From an uncultured Gammaproteobacteria bacterium (GTDB taxonomy: Bacteria; Patescibacteriota; Patescibacteriia; Magasanikbacterales; GWA2-37-8): a stretch of 64,000 bases of DNA. Of this stretch, positions 1 through 10,009 are shown one piece after another (within the stretch, counting starts at the first letter, position 1; the number at the start of each line of letters is the position of its first letter). Where the stretch lies: the NCBI GenBank assembly GCA_964510885.1, contig CAZEDL010000001.1:684-64683 (forward strand). Direction: 5' to 3'. Below the pieces are notes generated by a model. That model saw only the letters and a list, made by a program, of their open reading frames with translations, did no database searches and was not told the origin of the DNA. Made by a program: the position numbers and the translations under genes.

Positions 1-78
1 AGACTGGGTGTTACACTTCAAGAAGCGCAGGCATTTTTGTTAAAGTTGGAAAGCATTCTGCAGAAAAACCAGACGTAA
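1..78 (+). CDS. 3' end of a gene entering from the left edge (hypothetical)
   Basis: Frame 1 is open from base 1 (RLGVTLQEAQAFLLKLESILQKNQT) to TAA at 76-78. Confidence 0.4.
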   Translation, partial: RLGVTLQEAQAFLLKLESILQKNQT

Positions 79-149
79 ATTGTCACTCTGTTTGCTGGCT
101 ATTGTTTTGAAATTATTGTAAAAATTTCAGGTTTTATTCGGGGTCTAAA

Positions 150-431
150 GTGGTCGCTCAATTTCGTCATGTTTTCTGCTCTTTTATAGGGAGCTATGCC
201 GCCGGATCAGCCATTGGTCAGACCGCCGGAGATATTGCTCAAATAGCCCTTATTTTCGAAGGTGGCCTTGGCCTGGCAGGGGAAGTATCTAATGCCGAGA
301 AAGCAGTGGTGGTGAGTGTGAATGTTTCTAAAACTGCTGATCGGGCAAGTGAGATTGCGAAGATTGAGAATGTGCTTAGGGCGGAGGGTGAGGTGGTGGC
401 AGAGAAAGTAGCAGATTTGGTAATAAAGTAA
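150..431 (+). CDS. hypothetical protein or gene remnant; Ala/Gly/Val/Glu-rich
   Basis: 93-aa ORF with GTG start; loosely resembles the linker region of polymorphic toxins but has no recognisable domain. Confidence 0.3.
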   Translation: MVAQFRHVFCSFIGSYAAGSAIGQTAGDIAQIALIFEGGLGLAGEVSNAEKAVVVSVNVSKTADRASEIAKIENVLRAEGEVVAEKVADLVIK

Positions 432-482
432 ACCAGTTCGGGTAGTGTAAATTGGTTTGGGGCTGTAGCATGTAAAGTTTGC

Positions 483-510
483 TTGACGTTTGGTGTAATT
501 GCGCTATACT
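483..510 (+). promoter_or_regulatory. sigma70-type promoter for msrB
   Basis: TTGACG(483-488)-16 nt-TATACT(505-510), just upstream of ATG at 526. Confidence 0.55.
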
Positions 511-525
511 AGAGTCTGCCAAAAT

Positions 526-1083
526 ATGCGTAAGTTTTACTTTATTTTAATTACGTTGCTGCTGCTGGCAGTAGCCGGGCTTGTTGAGCGGCGTGCTGTG
601 CTGCGCATGCCGGTTATTCCAGCGTCTGAGCCGGGTCAGCCACCGATGATGCGGATTATTCGACCGACCACGACCACAATTCCAGCCACTGAAGAGGGGT
701 GGAAAGAGGTCCTGACTCCGGAGCAGTATCGTATTTTGCGCGAGGCCGGGACCGAACGCCCGTTTAGCAGCCCGCTTGATTTCGAAACCCGGCCGGGCAC
801 GTATGTGAGTGCAGATTGTGGTGAGCCGCTATTTCGATCTGAGCAAAAATATGATTCCGGCACCGGTTGGCCTAGTTTTTGGGCGCCGATTGATCCTGAG
901 GCACTGGTTTTGAAGCTCGATTATTCCATACCGTTTGCGCCGCGCGTAGAGGTGTTGTCGAAATGTGGCGGTCACCTGGGGCATGTATTTGACGATGGCC
1001 CCGAGCCGACTGGAAAGCGGTATTGTATGAATGGGCTGGCGCTTATTTTTGTTCCAGATTCAGCTACGTCTACGCCAAAATAG
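526..1083 (+). CDS. msrB: peptide-methionine (R)-S-oxide reductase MsrB with N-terminal signal/anchor
   Basis: LTPEQYRILREAGTERPF, KYDSGTGWPSF, GHLGHVFDDGP and RYCMNG motifs; ATG at 526 begins a hydrophobic N-terminus (MRKFYFILITLLLLAVAGL). Confidence 0.95.
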   Translation: MRKFYFILITLLLLAVAGLVERRAVLRMPVIPASEPGQPPMMRIIRPTTTTIPATEEGWKEVLTPEQYRILREAGTERPFSSPLDFETRPGTYVSADCGEPLFRSEQKYDSGTGWPSFWAPIDPEALVLKLDYSIPFAPRVEVLSKCGGHLGHVFDDGPEPTGKRYCMNGLALIFVPDSATSTPK

Positions 1084-1156
1084 CCGAGATTGCTTCACTT
1101 TTTGGGACTATGTTATAGTAGGGTCACTTAGTGTGGCCTTATTTTGGCTAATGGTA

Positions 1157-1185
1157 TTGACAAAAGAGTCAAAATATGGTATTAT
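1157..1185 (+). promoter_or_regulatory. sigma70-type promoter for the FN3-repeat gene
   Basis: TTGACA(1157-1162)-17 nt-TATTAT(1180-1185) with TG extended -10. Confidence 0.65.
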
Positions 1186-1229
1186 CAACCGTTACTTTTA
1201 TTATTTAGTTTATTAAACGAGCTATTTTT

Positions 1230-3980
1230 ATGCTTTCTTTAGCTAAAAAATATCTTGCTGTGATTGCGTTAGCAGTGGCAGCAAGCATTAGTTTAGCGGC
1301 CCCGAGTTTGGCTGCTATTAGTCCGAATACCGTATATACTGTCACGGCGCGGTATTATTACTCATCGGGTGATGATTTTAGTGTGGGTGATTTTACCTTG
1401 CGCTATCAGCCGAATAATACCACCGAATCGGGGTATGATTTTACCCGGCTAGCAGCAGTTGGACCACGCGATGGTGCGATGTATATTTGTCCGACCGCGG
1501 CTGGTGCTTTGCGTTTATGCGCTAATAATCCTGGCCAGGGCGGCGTGGCACGTTTGAAAAATTTGAGCGCGTTGATTCCGTCTGTAAAAACCAAGAACGC
1601 TTATCAGCGAGCTGGTTTGGCGCTCGAGAAAAATGCCGTCTATGCCATTTATGATCAAAAGCATGATTTGTATGTAAAGATTCGGATTTCAGATATTGCG
1701 AAACGCGTTATTGGCACACCGGCCAGCGTATCAAGCTTAGCGCAGCCAGCGATTACGGCTCCGTTTACCGATACTATTTTCACTAATAATCCTCGCACCG
1801 TTAATTTAATTTGGAATCCAGTGCAAGGTGCAGAGCAGTATGAAGTAATCGTAGACTGCGATGGCTGTACCGCCGCTGCAGGCTGGCGTTTGTTCAAGAC
1901 TTATCCACGTACGATTGATACTCGTCTGCTGTTGTCGTTCACTGAAGACCATTCCTATCGTGTGCGCGTCCGCGCTATTGGCGGTGGTGTGCGCACGGTG
2001 GTTGGCCCATATTCTGACGAAGTATTATTCAGTTTTGATACCTCGGCTCCGGCCGTGATCGGCCAGCCGGTGATTCGTGCTCCGGAAGAGAAAGATGTGG
2101 TTAGTGTCTATCCACGTACGGTCCAGGTGCGTTTTGACCGAGTCAATGAGGCCAAATCGTATGAAGTTCAGATTGACTGTAATTTTTGTACCGGCGCTGA
2201 TGGTTGGGCTCAGTTTGGCACCTATCACATAGACGCTGGTAAAAATCCGGTGATCAGCTGGACGACCCAAATTTTGCCGAGTGATACCGAATATCGCATT
2301 CGAGTCCGTGCTAAAAATGCCCAGGGCCAGGGTGGCCCGTGGTCTAAAGATGTTAATTTCCGCTTTACCACTGTTACGCTGCCTGCGCCAGTGATTGTGG
2401 AGCCGACCCGCGGTCAGCTATTTCCGGCTAATAGCCGACATACATTCCGAGCTACCTGGAAACCGGTAGAGAAGGCTGTTAAATATGCCCTCGAAGTTAG
2501 TTGTGCCGATTGTTCGGAACAGGCGGCTTCAACCCAGCTGTATCTTACCTCCAGTACTTCTACGGCCTACGAAGGTATTACGGTACCTGCTGATGGTCAG
2601 TATCGGATTCGCATCCAATCAGTAGACCAGTATAATAATCGCAGCCCGTGGTCTGATTATACGTATGCTAAGTTTCAGGGTGCCGGCGGCTTTTCGCTTC
2701 CTACCCCAGGCTTATTATCACCAACCCCTAATTTACCGATCAAATCCAGCGAAACATTTTTGAATGTCAGCTGGTCTAAAGTTGCGGCTGCAACTAGCTA
2801 TGTTATTCGCATCAGCTGCGATAGTTGTGACAGTAATCATGTCTGGAACCATGAGTATGATACCCAGTTTAATGTCACTACCTATCCGGTTCCGCTGTTT
2901 GACCTGCCGCTTGGTGACAATACCTTTAGTTTGGCAGTAAAAGCTATTAATTCAGGGCAGGTTTCTGAAAGTAATTGGTCGTCTCCGGTTATCTTCTCTT
3001 ATAGTTTGCTTGGAGCCGAGATTGATGCTCCGGTGGTTAGCTCGCCAGTAAATGGCGTTGAATTAACGAATTATCCGCGCACCGTTCTTATTTCTTGGAA
3101 TCCAGTACAAGATGGCGTGTCGTATGGTGGTGAAATCGAACAGTGTAGTCGTTGTGGCAGCGCCAATGACTGGCGTTTGGCGCAGAGCTTTACGACCCCG
3201 AATTATGTGACCGGCATGAATGTTACTTTGTCTGAAGACAAAAATTACCGTGTTCGCGTTCGTGCCTTTGATGCTAATAAAAATCCAAGTGAATGGTCAA
3301 AAGAATATATCTATTTCCGCTTTAATGCCGCCTTGCCAAAACCGACTATTACGAGTCCGTCTAACCGCTCCACGGTTACCAATCAGGCTGGATATATGAA
3401 TTTATCCTGGACGAATGTGGCTGGGGCCAATCATTATGTGGTTGAATATGAATTCGATTATTGCTGTAACACCAACAGCACTCGTCAGTGGTCTGGCGAC
3501 AGCCGCAAGTTCGTGATTACGGATAATAATGACACCACTTTGCGTGATCTTAAATTGACTGCACTTAGTCATCAGTATCGCTTCCGTGTGCAGGCTGTAA
3601 ATAATCTTGGTAGCCGCGGGGCGTGGTCTGATTATCGCTATGTTAGCTTTGTACCAAATAACCAGGCGTTAACGGCTCCGGTCGTCACGGCTCCAAAAAC
3701 TAATCAGGTGTTAGCCGCTGGTACGCGTACGGTGCTGGTGTCATGGTTGCCGCTTACAGGTGTTGACCATTATGAAGTTATGACCCACTGCGATCAGTGT
3801 GTTACAACCGAAGGTGCAGTATGGAATGAATACCCCGTGTTCCCAACGCTTAATGCCGCAACCAGCCTCCAGATCAAAGTTCCTGAAAGCAAAGGCTATT
3901 GGGTCTGGGTGCGCGGGGTGACGGATAGTGGTGTGGGTGGCCTCTGGTCTTCTGCAATTCACTTTTCTGTTAAACCGTAA
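1230..3980 (+). CDS. secreted protein with ~7 tandem fibronectin type III-like repeats, most with a CxxC
   Basis: Signal peptide; repeats of P-x-I/V-x-x-P...W-x-x-V-x-x-A-x-x-Y...CxxC...YRVRVRA...G-x-WS...F. Confidence 0.85.
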   Translation: MLSLAKKYLAVIALAVAASISLAAPSLAAISPNTVYTVTARYYYSSGDDFSVGDFTLRYQPNNTTESGYDFTRLAAVGPRDGAMYICPTAAGALRLCANNPGQGGVARLKNLSALIPSVKTKNAYQRAGLALEKNAVYAIYDQKHDLYVKIRISDIAKRVIGTPASVSSLAQPAITAPFTDTIFTNNPRTVNLIWNPVQGAEQYEVIVDCDGCTAAAGWRLFKTYPRTIDTRLLLSFTEDHSYRVRVRAIGGGVRTVVGPYSDEVLFSFDTSAPAVIGQPVIRAPEEKDVVSVYPRTVQVRFDRVNEAKSYEVQIDCNFCTGADGWAQFGTYHIDAGKNPVISWTTQILPSDTEYRIRVRAKNAQGQGGPWSKDVNFRFTTVTLPAPVIVEPTRGQLFPANSRHTFRATWKPVEKAVKYALEVSCADCSEQAASTQLYLTSSTSTAYEGITVPADGQYRIRIQSVDQYNNRSPWSDYTYAKFQGAGGFSLPTPGLLSPTPNLPIKSSETFLNVSWSKVAAATSYVIRISCDSCDSNHVWNHEYDTQFNVTTYPVPLFDLPLGDNTFSLAVKAINSGQVSESNWSSPVIFSYSLLGAEIDAPVVSSPVNGVELTNYPRTVLISWNPVQDGVSYGGEIEQCSRCGSANDWRLAQSFTTPNYVTGMNVTLSEDKNYRVRVRAFDANKNPSEWSKEYIYFRFNAALPKPTITSPSNRSTVTNQAGYMNLSWTNVAGANHYVVEYEFDYCCNTNSTRQWSGDSRKFVITDNNDTTLRDLKLTALSHQYRFRVQAVNNLGSRGAWSDYRYVSFVPNNQALTAPVVTAPKTNQVLAAGTRTVLVSWLPLTGVDHYEVMTHCDQCVTTEGAVWNEYPVFPTLNAATSLQIKVPESKGYWVWVRGVTDSGVGGLWSSAIHFSVKP

Positions 3981-3990
3981 TATCTGGTGT

Positions 3991-4018
3991 AAAAAACCAG
4001 TCTCACGACTGGTTTTTT
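3991..4018. terminator. bidirectional intrinsic terminator between the convergent FN3 gene and recJ
   Basis: AAAAAACCAGTC-TCAC-GACTGGTTTTTT hairpin flanked by A/T tracts. Confidence 0.75.
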
Positions 4019-5796
4019 ATTTCACTTTTTCTTAGATCTTCGATCATCATTTGTAATTCACGATTTCCGTTCCATTCATTGACACTGATAGAGAATACCA
4101 TGTCGATTTTATCACCGACGTGTAGTGTTTCTCGCCAGTTTTGAGGGTAGCGGTTAATGTCGCCGAGGCCAAAGCCGATAGTTTTGCGCACTAGGTGCGA
4201 GTGATGTTTAAGTAGTAATCGCAAATGCTTACCATCTTGGCCGACTGGTTCGATGCCGGCGATGGTTAGGCCGTAGGCGGCATATTTTGGTTCTTCGTTG
4301 GCTTGGCCGAACGGTTCAAATTTTTGCAATAGGTCGTAGAGTTTCCAGTTTATTTCTGACAAGTCATCAATCTCGGCATCGATAATGATATTGGGTACTA
4401 ATTTTACGTCAGCCACTGCTTTGGCTGTAGTGGCAAGCAGTTTGGTTTTAAAGTCTTCGAGCACCTCGGGGTTCTTCAGCGAGAAGCCGCAGGCCTGGGG
4501 GTGGCCGCCGAATTTGGCAAAGAATTCCGGCATCGTTTGGAGTGCGGCGATGAGGTTGAATTCTTTGATGCTGCGGCCGGAGCCAGTGATCTGGCCCTTG
4601 TTTAGGCCCATGACTAAGATTGGCTTATAGAATTCGTCTTTAAGGCGACTGGCGATCAGGCCGAGGATGCCGGTGCTCCAGCCGGCGCCAAGCGCAAACA
4701 GAATTGGGTTATCGAGCTGGCTCGTAGTTTTTAAATAGTCGCGGGCTTGATTGAGCAGCTCTTCGGTTAATTTCTGGCGATCGGCATTATTTTGGTTCAG
4801 TTGAGCAGCTAGGTTTGCAGCTTCAGCTTCACTGTCGGCCATAAGCAAATTAAAGGCTACATTCGCATGATCCATCCGCCCGGCGGCATTGATGCGCGGA
4901 GCAATTTTGAAGCCAATGGTGCGGGCATCATAATTGCCGCGTTTAGGGCGACCGGTTTCATCGGCTAGGCCAGTATGGATGAGTAGTTGCTGTAACCCGA
5001 CATTGCGTGTCTTATTAAGTACGGTCAGGCCGTAGCGTACCAGGGTGCGTGATTCGCCAAGTAGTGGCACCATGTCACCAACCGTTGAAATAGATACCAT
5101 GTCTAATAGCCATTTTTCAAAGGCTTCATGAGTTTGACCATCGGGAAGGAGCGGGTTAGTTTTTTTGTGGTTTTGTAATAAAGCCTCTGCTAATTTAAAG
5201 GCGACACCACCGCCGGCGAGTCCTTTGTCGGGGTAGGGTTCACCGGGAACGAGGGGGTGGATAATGGCATCGGCTGGTGGGAACACTGCCGGCATTGCAT
5301 GATGATCAGTGACGATTACAGACAGGCCGAGTTCTTTCGCTAGAGCAATCTCTGGGGTGTTGCTAATGCCGCAATCGCAAGTGATGATGAGTTTAGTGCC
5401 ATTTTCTTTGAGGAGTTTAACGGTATTATTATTTAGTCCGTAGCCATCAGTTTCGCGGTGCGGCAAGAAAATTCCTACATCTTTGGCGCCAATTTTTTTG
5501 AGAGTGGAAATAATTACGACGGAGGCACAAACGCCGTCGGCATCGTAGTCGCCGTGCACGGTTATTTTTTCGCCGCGCGCAATACAGCTCGTGATAAGTT
5601 CGACCGCCTTGGTCATGTCTTTGAACAAGTACGGGTCATGCAAGTCGCTTGAATAATCCGGATTTAAAAATTCATCAATGGCGATTTCTGTGCGCAGGTT
5701 ACGGTTCCAGAGCAGGCGGGTGATACTGCCCGGCAGTTCGGGATGGGCCGCAATAAATTCTGGCGGGGGTGGTGGAAGAATTATCCATTCTTTCAT
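4003..5796 (-). CDS. recJ: single-stranded-DNA-specific exonuclease RecJ
   Basis: DHH-family motifs HGDYDADG, TCDCG, TDHH, APRINAAGR, GGHPQACG, EPFGQAN, GKHLRL. Confidence 0.97.
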   Translation of the reverse strand: MKEWIILPPPPPEFIAAHPELPGSITRLLWNRNLRTEIAIDEFLNPDYSSDLHDPYLFKDMTKAVELITSCIARGEKITVHGDYDADGVCASVVIISTLKKIGAKDVGIFLPHRETDGYGLNNNTVKLLKENGTKLIITCDCGISNTPEIALAKELGLSVIVTDHHAMPAVFPPADAIIHPLVPGEPYPDKGLAGGGVAFKLAEALLQNHKKTNPLLPDGQTHEAFEKWLLDMVSISTVGDMVPLLGESRTLVRYGLTVLNKTRNVGLQQLLIHTGLADETGRPKRGNYDARTIGFKIAPRINAAGRMDHANVAFNLLMADSEAEAANLAAQLNQNNADRQKLTEELLNQARDYLKTTSQLDNPILFALGAGWSTGILGLIASRLKDEFYKPILVMGLNKGQITGSGRSIKEFNLIAALQTMPEFFAKFGGHPQACGFSLKNPEVLEDFKTKLLATTAKAVADVKLVPNIIIDAEIDDLSEINWKLYDLLQKFEPFGQANEEPKYAAYGLTIAGIEPVGQDGKHLRLLLKHHSHLVRKTIGFGLGDINRYPQNWRETLHVGDKIDMVFSISVNEWNGNRELQMMIEDLRKSEIKNQS

Positions 5797-5898
5797 AACT
5801 TCTTAAAACCATTAAAACATGAAAATATGAAAGCAGTAATTTTGAAGCAGATATAGTATTTACTGTTTTAATACTTTTAGGCTCTAGGGTTTTATTGT

Positions 5899-6303
5899 TT
5901 ACTTCAAGTTGTCCTTGCTAAATAAATTTTTCAAATTCAATGACTCAAAATCCCAGTATGAATCGGCCAAAAAAAGCGTGAATATTAGGTAGAGTACATT
6001 GAGCGACCAGTAATCTGAAGCTGATAGTGGTGTGTTGTAGCCGGCAAAGATGCCGATGCCAAGGAGTGTCCAATAGAAAAGGCTGCGACCAGTAAGGCGG
6101 CGACGTTCGGATAGGTTTATTTTACTGCGAATGTTCCAGAGGTGATACAGATAAATTCCGAGCAGTGGCCCAGCTACCAGCCATTCATAGCGATAGACTT
6201 CGATGCCAGACTCTGCCAGTAGATAAAAACTGCCGCTCGTGAGGACGAAGACCACGATAAAATAGAAGATGATATCGATTTGGTAATGGCGGAGTACCTT
6301 CAT
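5899..6303 (-). CDS. hypothetical 4-TM membrane protein
   Basis: 134 aa with four hydrophobic segments; co-oriented with lepA and recJ. Confidence 0.7.
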   Translation of the reverse strand: MKVLRHYQIDIIFYFIVVFVLTSGSFYLLAESGIEVYRYEWLVAGPLLGIYLYHLWNIRSKINLSERRRLTGRSLFYWTLLGIGIFAGYNTPLSASDYWSLNVLYLIFTLFLADSYWDFESLNLKNLFSKDNLK

Positions 6304-6346
6304 AGATGTACAAAAGTAGGCCTGTAAGGTTGTTTACCTGAGACTG

Positions 6347-6445
6347 TTAAAATTGAAAAGCTGGGGCGATCGACAAGAATAGCATGGCAATAATGCCAGC
6401 TATGATAATGCCTTTCCAGAGAATAGATTTGGTTGTTTTGGACAC
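6347..6445 (-). CDS. putative 32-aa single-TM small protein (not in the ORF track)
   Basis: GTG...TAA reading MSKTTKSILWKGIIIAGIIAMLFLSIAPAFQF; basic N-terminus plus one TM helix, within the lepA-recJ gene run. Confidence 0.55.
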   Translation of the reverse strand: MSKTTKSILWKGIIIAGIIAMLFLSIAPAFQF

Positions 6446-6446
6446 A

Positions 6447-6556
6447 GATTACAGGGGTTAATAGTAAGGATTACACGGATGTTGTTTAATTACACTAAGT
6501 TATTATGTATCGGTGCGCTAATTAGTGCAGTCTAACCACTATCTGTGTAATCCGTG
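6447..6556. repeat. imperfect inverted repeat with GATTACACGGAT / ATCTGTGTAATCCGTG arms
   Basis: agattacagggg...ggattacacggat on the left is complementary to atctgtgtaatccgtg just downstream of the lepA stop. Confidence 0.5.
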
Positions 6557-8383
6557 TTAACGTTTTAGTACCGCCAAATAGGTCTCGCTCGGGATTTCTA
6601 CTTTGCCGTGGGATTTCATGCGGGCTTTACCTTTCTTTTGTTTTTGTAATAATTTCATTTTGCGCGTATAGTCGCCACCGCTCATTTTGGCCAAGACATC
6701 TTTGCGCAGTGCGGACAGGCGTTCGGCTGCGATGACCTTGCCGCCGAGCGAGGCCTGAATTTTAAGTTCGAATTGCTGGCGGGGGAGCGAGTCTTTGAGT
6801 GATTCAACAATTTTTTTGCCGGTGGCATAGGCCTGATCGCGCCACACCAGGGTGGATAGTGCCTCCACCGGTTCTTCGGCCACCAGCACATCAAGTTTTA
6901 CGACTTCGGTTGGTTCGTAGCGGTCGAATTCGTAGTTCATTGAGGCGTAGCCTGACGTAACTGTTTTAAGTTTATCATAAAAATCAGTAATCAGCGAAGC
7001 CAAGGGGATGCGGTAGTGCAAGAGGGCGCGCTGGTCAGAGCCGGCGCTCAGGTATTCGGTGGTGATATAGGTGCCTTTGCGTTCAGAGACGAGGCCCATT
7101 ACCGCGCCCACTTGATCTTTTGGGGTAATGACATCGAGCGTCATTACGGGCTCTTCGATGGTGGCAAGTTTCGCCGGGTCAGGCATTTCTTGAGGGCTTT
7201 TGATGTAATATTGCTCGCCGCTCGTGGTCGTAACATGATAGGCAACGCTTGGCACGGTGATAATAATTTCAAGGCTATGTTCACGCTTCAAACGTTCTTG
7301 AAAAATATCGAGGTGCAGCATGCCGAGAAACCCGCAGCGAAACCCAAAGCCGAGCGCTTGCGAGTGTTCTGGTTCATAGATAAGCGCCGAGTCACTGAGT
7401 TTTAGTTTATCAATCGCATCGCGCAGATCTTCATAGCCATCCCCTTCATTCGGGAAGATGCCGGCAAAGACCATGGGTTTGACTTCTTTATATCCGGGCA
7501 GCGGAGTCCCAGCGAGGCCACTCATTTTGTCATTGCCAAGGCGGGTAATAGTGTCGCCGACCCGACAATCACGAACTTCTTTGAGACCAGTGACAATATA
7601 CCCAATTTCACCATTTTTAAGTTCGTTGGTTGGGTTCATTTTTGGTTTGTAGTAACCGATTTCCAACACTTCTGCTGGTGTGTTGGTCGACATCAACCAT
7701 AATTTGTCGCCTTTTTTGAAGCTGCCATCAACGACACGCACCGCGGCGACGACGCCTTTGAATTCATTAAAAGCTGAGTCAAAAATAATGGCGCGTGGAA
7801 TGGCGGTTGATTCATCTTTAGGAGCAGGTACGCGATCAACAATCGCTTCGAGAATATCGGGCACACCGAGGCCGGTTTTGCCTGAGGCCAAAATAATATC
7901 TTCGTCTTTACACCCGAGCAGGTGGATCAGTTCTTGTTTGGTTTTTTCGACATTCGCGATCGGCATGTCGACTTTATTGATGACGGGGATAATGGTTAGA
8001 TTCTGTTCGAGAGCCAGGTACAGATTGCCAATCGTCTGGGCTTGCACGCCTTGGGTGGCATCTACGAGTAAGATAGCGCCTTCTACGGCAGCCAGCGAAC
8101 GGGACACTTCGTAGTTAAAATCCACGTGTCCTGGGGTGTCAATCAAATTTAAAATAAAGCGCTCCGTGGGCGCTGTGACTTTTGAAGTGAAGTCCATTCG
8201 GACCGGAGTTAATTTGATGGTGATGCCACGTTCGCGCTCTAACTCCATGGAATCGAGGAGTTGGTTTTTCATGTCGCGTTTTGACACGGTGCCGGTGCAT
8301 TCTAAAAAGCGGTCGGCCAGGGTGGATTTGCCGTGGTCGATATGGGCGATAATACAGAAATTGCGGATGTGGGCGGTAGACAT
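6557..8383 (-). CDS. lepA: translation elongation factor 4 (LepA)
   Basis: IRNFCIIAHIDHGKSTLADR, DTPGHVDF, GFRCGFLGMLH, C-terminal RKDVLAK...KLLQKQKKGKARMK. Confidence 0.98.
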   Translation of the reverse strand: MSTAHIRNFCIIAHIDHGKSTLADRFLECTGTVSKRDMKNQLLDSMELERERGITIKLTPVRMDFTSKVTAPTERFILNLIDTPGHVDFNYEVSRSLAAVEGAILLVDATQGVQAQTIGNLYLALEQNLTIIPVINKVDMPIANVEKTKQELIHLLGCKDEDIILASGKTGLGVPDILEAIVDRVPAPKDESTAIPRAIIFDSAFNEFKGVVAAVRVVDGSFKKGDKLWLMSTNTPAEVLEIGYYKPKMNPTNELKNGEIGYIVTGLKEVRDCRVGDTITRLGNDKMSGLAGTPLPGYKEVKPMVFAGIFPNEGDGYEDLRDAIDKLKLSDSALIYEPEHSQALGFGFRCGFLGMLHLDIFQERLKREHSLEIIITVPSVAYHVTTTSGEQYYIKSPQEMPDPAKLATIEEPVMTLDVITPKDQVGAVMGLVSERKGTYITTEYLSAGSDQRALLHYRIPLASLITDFYDKLKTVTSGYASMNYEFDRYEPTEVVKLDVLVAEEPVEALSTLVWRDQAYATGKKIVESLKDSLPRQQFELKIQASLGGKVIAAERLSALRKDVLAKMSGGDYTRKMKLLQKQKKGKARMKSHGKVEIPSETYLAVLKR

Positions 8384-8386
8384 AGC

Positions 8387-10006
8387 TTAGGGTTGGTTCG
8401 TTTCAGTGATATTCGCGGGCAGGTTACGTAGTTTAAGCCAGCGGGTTTTGAAGGTTTTAGCCAGATCAAGCATTTCTTGTACATTCAAGACATAACAAAT
8501 GCCTAGATAGACTAAGATGCCTAGGGTACCAGAAATGAGCCCCTGGAGCAAGATGCCGCTGAAATAATCAAGGTTGAGGCTAGTGCCAAGTGGGTATTTG
8601 ACGAGCTGGATGGTGAAACCCATAGCAAGGCCAGCAAGAGCCACCCGGAAGATCATTTGTACTAGGGCTTCTTCAGGCAAAGGTTTTATTTTTTTGCGCA
8701 GGTAGAAGTAGAGGCCGAATAAGTTGATAACTGCGCCGATTGAAGTAGCGAGCGCGAGGCCCGGCACGCCAAGTGAGTTGTGAAGTGCGAGGGCGATTAT
8801 AATGGTGACCACTTCACTGGCAATGGCAATGGCTAGCGGCGTCGTGGTGTCTGAGAAGGCGTAGAAACCGCGGGCCAGGAGGGGGATGAGGGCTTGGGCA
8901 AATAAGCTCAGTGCAAAGAAAGCCAGGGTGTCGGCGGTAGCAATGGTAGCTGCCCAGTCAAATTGACCACTGCCGAGAATGACACGCACAATTTGGGCAC
9001 GTAAAAGCAGCATGGCCAGTGAGCAGGGAACGATCAGGAAAATTATATAGCGCAGCGTACTCATGAAGCGTTCGCGGAATAGGGATAGATCATGGTTTGC
9101 TACGGCTCCAGAGAGAATGGGGAAGACGGCTAACGCAAATGGGATGCCGATCAAACCAAGCGGAACCGTCTGCAAGTTATTGGCATAATTAAATACGGCT
9201 ACGCTGCCGGTCGGCAAGAGTGAAGCAAGCATGGTGATGGCTACGATATTGAATTGTGTGATAGCGAGGCCAATCGTGCGGGGAATCATGAGTGCGCCAA
9301 CCCGCCGGGTATCGCGATCACGCCAGTTGGCAATCGGCTGCCAGCGAAAGCCAGCTTGGTACGCGCCGTAGATTTGGAGTCCAGCATGTAGCAAGGCGCC
9401 GAACACTACGCCATAGGCGAGGCCATTGACCCCAAGGAGCGGGACAAATACGGTGGCACCGAGAATAATTCCGAGATTGTAAAAAATAGGGGCCAGTGAA
9501 TAGAGGACAAAGCGGCGTAGTGATTGCAAGATGCCGCCCATGACCATAGAAATGCTAAGGAGGAGCGGAGAGAGAAAAATAATGCGGGTAAATGAGATGA
9601 CGAGCTCTAGGCGTTGACCGGTAAAGCCGGGGGCGATTAGCCGCGCCACGAGCGGAGCTCCGATCATGCCGCCAATCGCTAAGATGAGCATGGCCGCAGC
9701 GATTAAATTCAGGACATTATTGGCTAATTTCCAGGCAGCTTTGTCACCATTGTCTTTGGTCCATAATTTGGTGAACGTGGGAATGAACCCGGCGGTGAGC
9801 GCCCCTACCACCAGTAGATTATAAATCAGGTCGGGGATTTTAAAGGCGGCAAAATAAGCATCGATCACGGGCCCGGTGCTGTAGTAATGGGCAAATATAT
9901 GATCGCGCAGAATGCCGGCAGCACGGCTAAGCAGGCCGGCCACGCTAATAATAAGGGCAGCGCCGGTGATAGTTTGGCTTGGGGAATGGAAGACTTTTTT
10001 AAACAC
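8387..10006 (-). CDS. murJ: lipid II flippase MurJ (MviN)
   Basis: LSRAAGILRD, DAYFAAFKIPD, FIPTF, YANNLQTVPLGLIG, RGFYAFSDTTTP; ~14 TM segments. Confidence 0.95.
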   Translation of the reverse strand: MFKKVFHSPSQTITGAALIISVAGLLSRAAGILRDHIFAHYYSTGPVIDAYFAAFKIPDLIYNLLVVGALTAGFIPTFTKLWTKDNGDKAAWKLANNVLNLIAAAMLILAIGGMIGAPLVARLIAPGFTGQRLELVISFTRIIFLSPLLLSISMVMGGILQSLRRFVLYSLAPIFYNLGIILGATVFVPLLGVNGLAYGVVFGALLHAGLQIYGAYQAGFRWQPIANWRDRDTRRVGALMIPRTIGLAITQFNIVAITMLASLLPTGSVAVFNYANNLQTVPLGLIGIPFALAVFPILSGAVANHDLSLFRERFMSTLRYIIFLIVPCSLAMLLLRAQIVRVILGSGQFDWAATIATADTLAFFALSLFAQALIPLLARGFYAFSDTTTPLAIAIASEVVTIIIALALHNSLGVPGLALATSIGAVINLFGLYFYLRKKIKPLPEEALVQMIFRVALAGLAMGFTIQLVKYPLGTSLNLDYFSGILLQGLISGTLGILVYLGICYVLNVQEMLDLAKTFKTRWLKLRNLPANITETNQP

Positions 10007-10009
10007 AGG

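Noticed and set aside
1230-3980. Multiheme cytochrome
   Set aside because: The CxxC motifs lack the following His (no CxxCH).
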